From: Neoechinorhynchus agilis
Taxonomy: Eukaryota > Animalia > Acanthocephala
Assembly (NCBI GenBank): GCA_051530055.1
Contig: CM121342.1
Coordinates: 14,461,480-14,525,479, forward strand
Direction of reading: 5' to 3'
Length of the DNA stretch: 64,000 bases
This document shows positions 50,546 through 60,358 of the stretch, in pieces (position 1 is the stretch's first letter; each line of letters begins with the position of its first letter). Below the pieces are notes generated by a model, which worked only from the letters and a program-made list of their open reading frames with translations, ran no database searches and was not told where the DNA came from. Position numbers and translations under genes: made by a program.

Positions 50546-51629
50546 ACATTGTGTCACACGCAATTCGATGGAAATCAGAGATCGCTTGAGAATATTCGCA
50601 GCGACGTGCCATTAGGGCATTGATCGTCTCTCTTATCGTTGTAGGTGTTGGGACAACACAAGAGCGCTTGACCTGATTTAAACAACACGATAACTGGGAT
50701 AGGCGGGATAGAAACGTGTTGTGTTAAAGAAGGCACACCAGAGTCAACAACCAATAGACGTGGAAAAGAATTTTCCGCAATTTTGATAACGTTGAGCACG
50801 GCAGAACTATATTGTTGATCATCAACGATTAGATCACCATTTCTCACTGCAACCGTCACCGCAGCGATCATCTCATCTTCTGGTTTTGCCTCAGTTAGCC
50901 TGGTTAGATAAGGAGTGACATCATTATTAGCAATTGCCACAACATTAAGTTGGTACCCGAATTCATTCGCCCTCGTCACAATCATAGCCATCAACCAGAG
51001 CTTGGCGTTGAGGACACGTCGCGGGTGTAGATTGACTCAGATAGTAAAGACGCCATTAGCAACAAGGAACCTTGTCTTAGATTATAAAGACCGGTTGAAA
51101 TGGATAATCCAGTCACGAGATGCCGAGCGTCAGCGCAGTAAATTGGGCAATCTGTGAAGATTACAGCTAAATCACGTAATTCGGACAATTGGCGCCTGGC
51201 AACAAGAACTTCTTAGATCCTATTGGCCATCTCTAGTAAGGTTTTCACTGTTCTATTAGCTATCAAACTAGGTATTGTCGTTCTGTCCAAAGGCGGAAGA
51301 AGGTTTATGCTTGTTTCACTTGTTGAATAGGGGACGGAATGGCGATGTTCGAAGTCAGTACCGATGCCTTCCCGAAACTCATTGTGGATGTCAAAAACTC
51401 TCCTTTGGCGGACGCCAGTCCGGTAATTGTCGAATCCAAGTCCACCTGTGGCTGTGGTGCGATAGGTGTTGGACGAGAGGCAAGCACTCTCGGTCGGGCA
51501 GCGTGAATGACAGTGCCTCCGTTTCCATTGCAGTGTGCGGTGGAGTTGGATCATCGCTCAAGCGGACGTCAGCATCAGCATTTGACGCCGCTTGTTCTTC
51601 GCTAGCACTTAAGTTGGTAGTAATCTAGA

Positions 51630-52500
51630 AAGGGGTTAAGTTAACCATGCGACGCGAAGAAATTCTCCAGAATTCATGGCTATGGACTGCTTTGTCCCCA
51701 CGAACTTCATTAGATGATACAATAATGCATTGTACCTGACATCATTCGTGTGATGATCTATACGTCATCTCCTTGGTAGCATTAAACAACATTCGCATGC
51801 CGGCTATCCCAGGAGTATTTATGAAAGCGGTTCCACGCAAGCCAGAGCACAGTCCTTGCTCAATTTTCAGGGGCTCAGCTATATCTGGAAACTTGATCAC
51901 TGTGTTTAAAATCGCTTTCGAGCATCAGTTTGCGGCACGTACGTAGTCGCCACTCCACATGTAGAATTCAGCTAGAGATGCAATGGTTGCAAATACGTAC
52001 GTTTGAATCTCCAGAGTGTGTTAAATATTGAAATCCGCATAATCCAACATCATACCAAAACATTCTGCGTCGTCAGAAGCCAACATTCGTTTGAGGTGCC
52101 TATGTGTAGATAACGGAAAGCTATTGACATGCGGTATGCCGTCCAGTTTGTCTAAGTGGCGTTCAAAGCCCTCTATAACATACGTCATGATCAAAAAAAT
52201 CTTTGGGCTGAGTTCCATAAATAGCCCGGGCCTTCCCAAGCTCATACTTTTCAGTGGCATTTGCATGTATCGTCGGCTCGCTCGCTGTCCAGTCAAGCTA
52301 TGACTTCGTTTGTAGGCAAGTTCATATAGTATATCTTCTTGCCCCCGGTGCCGCTCACTCCACTCATGACAGTTTATAGGTCACCAGTGCAACTACCAGA
52401 AACATACTTTTTTCTAGCTTGCACGAAGGAGTGCCAGTCTAGTGGAGGTGCTTTAACATAGGCGAATAGTTTAGCTAAGTCGGCCTGCAGAGACATTCTA
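51630..52500 (-). pseudogene. Endogenous viral element: toti-like dsRNA virus RdRp, decayed
   Basis: Ordered motifs KYELGKARAIYG (~52214-52249), DYADFNI*H (~52018-52044), SGLRGTAFINT (~51814-51846), frameshifted H-G/N-D-V at the GDD position (~51738-51750), and KQSI..GEFLR (~51654-51690). Confidence 0.85.
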
Positions 52501-52789
52501 ACGTAGTATGGGTCATCGAACCCCCGCCACACGCTTCAAGTCAACTTCGGTCAACCTATTCAACTTTTCTTGTGTCCAATTTGATCTGCCTGGTTTTCGT
52601 TGATACATTTAACCTAAATTATTTTTAAAAATGAATAATTTTAAAGGGGCAATTTAACGTTCAACTGCAATAAGCAAATGAGTTCATAGATATGTTTTGT
52701 TTTTTCCATACACGGCCGAATGAGCGCACAGTCCACCCCGATTTTGGTCTGGGAAGCGCTGGTCTGCGCTCAATGCCCCAAGACCGTAC

Positions 52790-53560
52790 GGTTATAAGCT
52801 TGTACGTTCCTCCGGATTCTCAGATACCTCCAGGAAGCGGGACTCATCAGTGAGATTCCTTCCTTCAACGAGGTATTTCGTGCCCTTTGTTTGCGCGTCA
52901 TCGGCAGTTACGGATTCGAACACTGGGATCTGGAGCATTTGTCCACTTGACCGCCTCGACACTACTACGGGATGCACAAATTGAGCCAGCCCCATCGCTG
53001 GCGTTGCGGAGCGACCGTGGAACAATCGGGATGCCATGGTCTCGTCTACGGGCAATCAGGCGGAAGGTACTCACGACGCGCCGAAGTGAACGCAATTCTC
53101 TTAGTCGTGCCCTGAACACTGCGAATGCGCCCAACATCCTAAAGCCGAGCAATCTTTGCCGACTCGATGGCCATAGACCGGACGGTGTCACAGTATTCCT
53201 ATGGCAAAAGGAGGCAAATGCCTTCTCTGGGACGCCACGTCCGTGGATACGCTCGCAGCCCGCAATATAAAATTCGCCACCATTGAACCAGGGAGAGCAG
53301 CAACCGCCGCTGAGAAACGCAAAAGGACAAAATACAAGGACCTGTGTCGAAATCATTATTTCATTCCCTTTGATGTCGAGTCGCTCAGGTCGTTTGGTAC
53401 CACGGCGCAGGACCTGGTCAAGCAATTGTCTAAGAGATTGAGACGAATCACTGGCGATCAGACGGCAGGCGCATTCCTCCCACAAAACATTAGTCTGGCT
53501 GTGCAACGAGGGAACGCTGCATTCGTCCTTTCGACCTTTACACCAGGACACGAGCAACAT
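52790..53560 (+). mobile_element. CRE-like 3' fragment with an inverted 5' piece (52790-52920)
   Basis: RPDGVTVF, WDATSVDTLA, QNISLAVQRGNAA on +. 52790-52920 is related in opposite orientation to 55925-56045. Confidence 0.8.
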
Positions 53561-55226
53561 GGACAGGCTCCCGACTGTGGTTGGCTTAAAATAAAGTTCT
53601 ACATTCCACTTATTTTTCGAAGAAAATTAAAGTAAACAAACTTTTTAAATCAAATGCCGTAATGGTAACCATTAACATCCATCATTACCATGGAGTAAAA
53701 CTCTTGTCATAAAATTGAATTGTGGGCCGTCATCATTGAAAGGTCGGAGTAAGGGAGCAAGGTACTTCCTATATAAAATTTCTCTTGGTTGGATCGGGTT
53801 GGAAATAATCGAGACCGATTACGGCGATTTCCTTGATGGAGGTTCGAGATAAGCTATTTTGAGCAAGTAATTGCTCTTTCATTTCAGAGGTGATTTGGAT
53901 TTTCATAACATCGAACGGCCGTTTGCCACCCTCCACTGCAACAACCAGTTGCGAAAACATTGACTTTTTGGTGATAGCTGAGAAGGCATATTAAGAATTG
54001 TGATGAAATCGACGTATCTATCGCTACAACGTCGTTTATAAAACAACTATTGTTTGCATGAGTTATTTGGTTTTTGGTTGAATAAGTGCCGGTTACCACA
54101 AGTTGCGATGAAGAGTTATTGAGCAAAATATTGCTGTAACTGTAGCAGCAACTTTAACAATTGCTCACGCGGGGCAGAAAGACGAAGGGTTAGCGCGTGG
54201 ACCCATTTTTCCCGTTTAATGAAAGCAAAGAATCCTGATGTACTTAGAACAAGCAACTTAGCTACCATTTTGTTGTCCAGAGCATCACAGATGGATCGAA
54301 GAATGGAACTTATTTTTGTCATGAATAGGGCCTTCCGCATGTCAACTTATCACAAGTTTGTGTGCTTGAAAAGATGTCGGGTATTACAAGCTTTAGAAAT
54401 CATTGATCTTTTGAACAAACATTTCACTAGACGGGAACATTTCTTGACGGCAAAGCAACGCGTTCAGTCCATGCGATAAGCGGCCGGACTAAAAAGCCTC
54501 TTGGATGGTTCAACGTAGAGAGAAAGCGCGCTCATGTTTATTTTTCGACCAACGAACCACAGCAGAGAAACAAGCGATTGATGACCGAATCAGAGATCAG
54601 ATAATAATGAAGACTCCAAACAACGAGTTCGAGGCAAGATTGTATCAATGGAGTCACCCTCGATGAATGATGTTATCAAAGTTTTGCGACACGTTTGAGA
54701 TGCTTCAAGATATCACGTGGTCGGCGGGGAGTATCGATCAACTTCCACAGCAACAGCCCGACGTTTTGCGGATTCTAGAGGCATCCAAAGACGATGTAAG
54801 AGATATGGAACATAACATAAGCGGTATTTGTACCCAGCAAGGAAAATGACTTGTTTCAAGTTCAATTGAATGGCGCGATGCTAGTTGTGTCGCCGTTCCA
54901 CGAAAACCATTGACACGGAAATCAACACCATCCACTAGGTTGAGGATGATGAAATCCCTACAAAAACAGTCGAAACCATCAGGACGCACTCAAAAACATC
55001 ATAAACCAGCCCATCCAATCGTAGCTGATCCACACATAGTCTCAACTCTAAACTCGTTTATATCATTGCCAATCACTTATGCTAGCACTAATCTTCGATC
55101 CGCTCAAGGACTTCTCTCTTTGGGATATTCACTCGTTCTGGATCGACAACTTGTAACGATTCCTCCCTTAGCCCACTGCTCGCGACGAACAATGAAATCT
55201 CAATCTTCCTCATTTCCGCCCCCAGT

Positions 55227-55830
55227 TTGCCGAAATCCAAAATTCCCTTCCCCACCGTATTCTACTCCAATACTCGTAGCCTCTTTCCTAAACTGGATGA
55301 AATTTCACTCATTTCATCTACCTCAAAAGCCGACGTAGTCATCTTAACTGAAACGTCGCTTAAACAGCGATTCAGCTATCCTTCCCGGGTACTCTTCCTT
55401 ACATACATACTGCGAGGACCTTCCAGGAGGGCGTTCGGCAATCGCTACCTTACTCTTTATCTCTCACAGGCTCTATACAAAACCCCGATCTAGAATTCAT
55501 CGCAGTCCATTTCATAGCTCCTCTGAGAAACGGCATCAGAGAATTCACCATTGCTGGCGTCTATCGCCCTCCTGCCTCTCGTCCTGGGTCCTCCTTTCTC
55601 CAAGCTCATAAACTCCAAAAATTCATACCATTTCTTAATTACAGGGGACTTCAATAAACTATTTTCTCTTCTACCCTTTTCCGAGTTGCGTCAACTTATT
55701 GACTTCCCAACTCGTCTTAACGCTCACCTCGACAAAGTGTTCACAAATATCGACGCCTACTCATCTGCCTCTAAACTCCATCCCCCCGCACGAACTCTGA
55801 CCACTCTTCTGCCCTTATTACTCTGACCAC
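55227..55830 (+). mobile_element. LINE APE endonuclease fragment (CR1/L2-like)
   Basis: YSNTRSL, VILTET, ITGDFN, FPTRLNAHLDKVFTN. Confidence 0.75.
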
Positions 55831-56557
55831 CCCACTTCAGCGTATAAAATCTCCCAGTTTACCCGTCCGGGATAAACGTGATCATCTTGCTCCAAATTGA
55901 TTCTATGATGAAGCTCATAAACTCGTTCGAATCCGTTACCGCTGATGACGCACAACCAAAGGGGACAAAGTACCGATCAAGGGAGGAAACTCATTGATGA
56001 GTCCCGCCCCATTCAGAGACATTTGAAGACCCGGAGGGATGAGTACAAAGCTTTTCAGGAACCATATCAGTGGGCTGCGTGAGGGAAAAAATGCTCAAAT
56101 GTAAGATAAAATAAATATTTGTCACTGCTTGTGCTAGCTGATTACGCGGCGCAGCTTTTTGCAAATGGAAATTATTTACAATATATTATGTTAAACCGCT
56201 CGTAACTTGATATTTCTGCATTAAATTCATAATACAAAGGATATAAATGTTTGTTAGAAAAATATTATAGATGAAGGTTGAAAAATTGGATGGTAAAGTA
56301 CAGAGGTGCATTCATTCTACCTGATGAGACTGACATATATTATTTTACTAAAAAAATTCCAATCGAATTTTCAAAGATCTTGGCGGAAGTGATATTAAAT
56401 GCGATGTGATTTCTTTTAGCTCTTTATTTTGAATTAATTGAAGGCGAACTAACAAATTAAACAATAAAATTTGTATACGCTTTCCATGATTTATTAAGGT
56501 CATACCCGATGAGGTTATATATTATTTCGTATTTATTCAAATCTACTTTATCTACAC

Positions 56558-57616
56558 TTACCTTGTATCACCAAAAGCAGGTGAATTCGAAGAGGTGTCA
56601 CTTGATAAACGCTTTATTGGACAAGGCGTATGTATCTTTATTTGTCTCAAATGTGAATCCCGACCGCTTTGATGATTGGTTACGATATTGATCTCGAGTG
56701 TCCAAGCTGAAAAGTACCCCGGATCACCATCTTCAATCCTTTCAGTTGGTACTTCACTACTTGAATCAGTCTTGATTGTAACCGAAGAGATCGTAGTGTC
56801 CGAAATAGCACTTGCACTGGGTTTACCTGCACTGACCAACTGTCTATAGCCTCGTCGAGGAATCCGAATCCACCCTCTGGGCTCTACCAAACTAATAGTG
56901 TCTACGATTTTTAAATAATCTTTACAAATACCAGCTCGTAAATTCAATTGAAGCGGTGTACAAACGACTTTGTGTTTAAGTTAATTTAAAATTTCTGAAT
57001 TCAACACAATCGAGATAGAGAATAGAAAAGCAATTTTGATTTCTTTTGCTTCTAATGATTACATATAGAACCGTATACTTCTAAAAGTCAAATAAATTAA
57101 TGCTTAAATCGCAATGTTTAAACTTAGGAATTTATATAGTTGAAAACTTTTGATTTTAAGAAACCAGCCCAACCGCAAAACATTGACCCTTTAAAGTCTT
57201 AAACTCCCAATTCAAAGAACACAGCGTTGTCTAGTATAGCTCTCATCGAATCTATAATCGATATAAAGATAAACGGCGATGATATTAGTCAGTTCACTGA
57301 ACATGATTGTGACCGTATGTGGTTGAGTACTGTCGGATTGCCAGAATGTATCCAGATTTCCATCGACCAAATTGTCAGCTCCAAATCCGGTTTTACAACT
57401 GGATAGAATGATCAATGCATCAGGCGCAATATTCACATACTTTCCCGATTGTTCATCTTTATCTGGATCGTAGGTTTCAGTTGGAGGCCCACTGAGGTTT
57501 ACATTAGTTGCTCTTGATCGAAACGACGCTCTTCCAGGATTCACCGGTTGCGCCATTCGATGAACAATCGGACGCCCTCTGCTTCTTATAGCTCTAACAG
57601 GAAATCGAGTGGCCAT
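56558..57616 (-). CDS. ANAPC10: Anaphase-promoting complex subunit 10; proposed exons 57616-57236 and 56959-56558
   Basis: LSSCKTGFG, LDTFWQSDSTQPH, DESYT|P, LVEPRGW, NHQSGRDSHLRQIK. Confidence 0.93.
56960..57235 (-). other. Non-canonical intron-like insertion, 276 nt, imperfect inverted-repeat bounded
   Basis: Splits the DESYTP motif; TAC junction repeat; arms ACAACGCTGTGTT and AACACAAAGTCGTTTGT. Confidence 0.8.
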
Positions 57617-57664
57617 TGAATAAGATCTCTAAAATTTGGAGCAAGAAAGGAAATTTCAAATCCA

Positions 57665-58221
57665 TTAGAAAACAAGAAATTTCCCTGAACGTTTCAAATT
57701 TGCAAAGCGGATCAATCTGGAAGCGAATGGCTTCGCAGTGCTGTAATAGGTGCAAATCATATAGTCGTAAATATCCAGCAGTCTGATGGAGCCAAAAACA
57801 ACCATCGGATTGTTGCTGAGAATGATGAAAATATCACTGATACTTTTTTCGAACTGAATTTCGAAAAATGGAGAAATCCTTAGGCATTCATTATATCCAG
57901 GTTTGAACATTACATGAACTCTAGTCTCCTGACGGAATATGAAACCAATCAAAGAATCACGCGGTATAAACAAAAATACTTTTTAAACGTACAATCAAAA
58001 AACGATGACGCTTACTTTAGATAAAAATCAATAGCTGAATAACGCATATCTTGAAAATTAGCATTAAAGTCCAATTTTCGATACGTTTTATCCGAAATAT
58101 TGTCTAAAATCCATAAAATATGATCGTGACATGAGAAGACGAAAGAAGTTATCGAATTTACCTGGCTCTTGTATTTATTCAAAATTTCTGAATCATTTCT
58201 ATGCATTTCATTTATTGTCAA
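57665..58221 (-). CDS. Probable unidentified two-exon gene immediately upstream of APC10
   Basis: Two open segments separated by GTAAGC...CAG; the stop is only ~50 bp before the APC10 ATG. Confidence 0.4.
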
Positions 58222-58277
58222 AAGATGGTTTTAGTTTTTGAAGCAGAATGTTTTTTGTTTTTTATAGCACGTGAAAT

Positions 58278-58570
58278 CACCACCGTCCGCAAAATCTTAG
58301 CTTCTCTCCTTCCTCGGCTGTCGCTATCACGCTAGCGGCATTGTCTCGTTGTATTGCAAGCGAGATATTTTGTCGCAGGAATACACCTGCTCGTGCGTCG
58401 CCGGTCGTTTCTCTCAATTTCTTCGAGAGATCTTGGAGCAGAGTGAGTGCCGAGCTGCCGAGCGCTCCATACGTCTCTACTCCGACGGGGACAATATAGT
58501 GGACCCTTGCTAAATCCCTATATTTTCATACCTTCCTCTCTTCCGCTGCATTGGCTGCACCTTCAGGGAT
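58278..58570 (-). mobile_element. CRE-like 3' fragment
   Basis: Near-identical to 16866-17105 in reverse complement. Confidence 0.85.
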
Positions 58571-58632
58571 ACAGCAAATTCTTTTATCTATAAGTCATTT
58601 GTCTAAATCAGTATTTGGCAATTTATACAATA

Positions 58633-58775
58633 GGTCAATGAATTGTTCATTGATTTATTACGAAATATTTAGTGATGATTTTCCTCACCTCTTCATTCAG
58701 ATCTTTTGCATTTTTATCGGTAAAGAAAATCCTCGCTAAATATTTCATAATAAATCAATGAACAATTCATTGACT
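58633..58775. repeat. Fold-back element with ~50-bp inverted arms
   Basis: GTCAATGAATTGTTCATTGATTTATTACGAAATATTTAG... and its reverse complement ending at ~58775. Confidence 0.75.
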
Positions 58776-58889
58776 TATGACATACATCGCCAAATAAAGA
58801 TACAATTCTACCCGAGGACAATTCTTCTATACTTCGATGATTGTTTAAGAAAAGAATCCGTGAAGATCTATTAGAAATGAAGCTTTCAC

Positions 58890-59615
58890 ATGAAGATGTT
58901 GTTTAAATCTTTGGTTCGATCCAATCTCCTTCGATCTTACGACTACCTTCTTAAAATGTACAAAGCACCATACGAAGAACGAATATCTATGCTGTCGCGT
59001 ATCGATACTGCTCTTAAAGAACTAAATCGATTATGATCATTGATTCTTATCGATTATTGAACTAGAATCTTTGATTTACATGGGGATCGGAAAGCGGTGC
59101 GGGATCAATTGACTATTTGCCGTGTTCGAATGAAGGAATCGGCTGATGGTGTTTTACTCGCGCTGAGTCGCGATGAACCTAACGTGAATGAGCTTCTTTT
59201 AGAGGATCACGAAATTAGTAAACAGTATTCAGAATTGGAGGCAAAGGTGCGACAGGCTGAGAATGCTGAACGACAGGCGTTTAAAGTGTATTCGGCTGCC
59301 ATTAGAGAAAACCACGCTCGGGATCGGATCCATTCGTATAGAAATAGACAATTTTCGATGTTGAGTACAATAACTGGGACCATTGCAGGACTTGCTTGTG
59401 GTGCCTTCTCGTATAAGACGATGCTTATCGATGTAATTCAAGATGAACAAAATGAGACCACTAGCTCAATGACATCTATGGACGTTTCGATCCAAACCGA
59501 CCAGCTCATCGTTGAACCTACTCAACCAAGTGTTCAACAAATCAATATAACCGAACTCATTTCTCAGATAATTTCAGTTGCACTCATAATAACGATGCTC
59601 TACACACTTCGGTGA
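58890..59615 (+). CDS. CCDC51: CCDC51/MITOK-like coiled-coil membrane protein, one small intron near 59030-59065
   Basis: AENAERQAFKVYSAAIRENHARDR followed by a hydrophobic segment resembles CCDC51 [20 protein letters not shown] plus TM; N-terminus looks like a mitochondrial presequence. Confidence 0.65.
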
Positions 59616-60358
59616 CTTTGAAATGCCGAGGTTTGCTTTTATCCAATGATTTTCTCGAAAAACGAGTGGTGGTGGTAGTTCAGGGAGTTGGGATCCGCAA
59701 GAGTACAGCTTTTGGCGTAAATCGCAATTGACACTGAAATAGAGCGTGAAAATCATTCAAATGGATGTCTAGTCAATCGTTTATATAAAATACTGAGAAA
59801 ACGGTTGCTATAGAGAAGTTTTTTATACCGGAACCACTTTTAAATAAGAGGATCCATAGAGTTGCCCTTTAAACTAATAATTGGCAACCATTCAATATAA
59901 ATCGTGCAGTCTCCTTTACAAAGTTCGCAAATTTGGTCATTTTGATAAAAACCAAAAACTAAAATTGAAATAACATATTTAAAAACTTACATGAAATAAT
60001 AATGTTTACATTTCAAGTGCAACGCTTACAGTGGCTTAGGGATTGCTTGTTTGTGACGTAAAAATTAAAGGAATTTATTAAATCCGATATTTCGGCACAA
60101 TCTCGTGCCTATATCAAGGTTGTAAAAGTGTTTAACGTTCAAGTGCGGATTAAGCACTTTTACTAACTTGATAAAGGCGCCAGATTCTGCCGAAATATCG
60201 GATTTAATAAATTCTATTAAAATTTCCGCCATAAACAAGCGTGAATAGTTCAATTTTCAAACGGTTAAAGGATTTTTGGTGCAGAAAAATTATTTAAATT
60301 GTAAATTAAAGACTATTTCTATATGAGTCAATCAGCCTTAGTTTAAAAAACGTTTTAG

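Noticed and set aside
51900-52030. Stop-codon reassignment (TGA=Trp, TAA=Gln) in the viral RdRp
   Set aside because: Frameshifts in the same fragment indicate ordinary pseudogenisation; host genes use standard stops.
53700-54900. Further viral or host coding fragments
   Set aside because: Several short frames on both strands but no recognisable motif; cannot be supported without a search.
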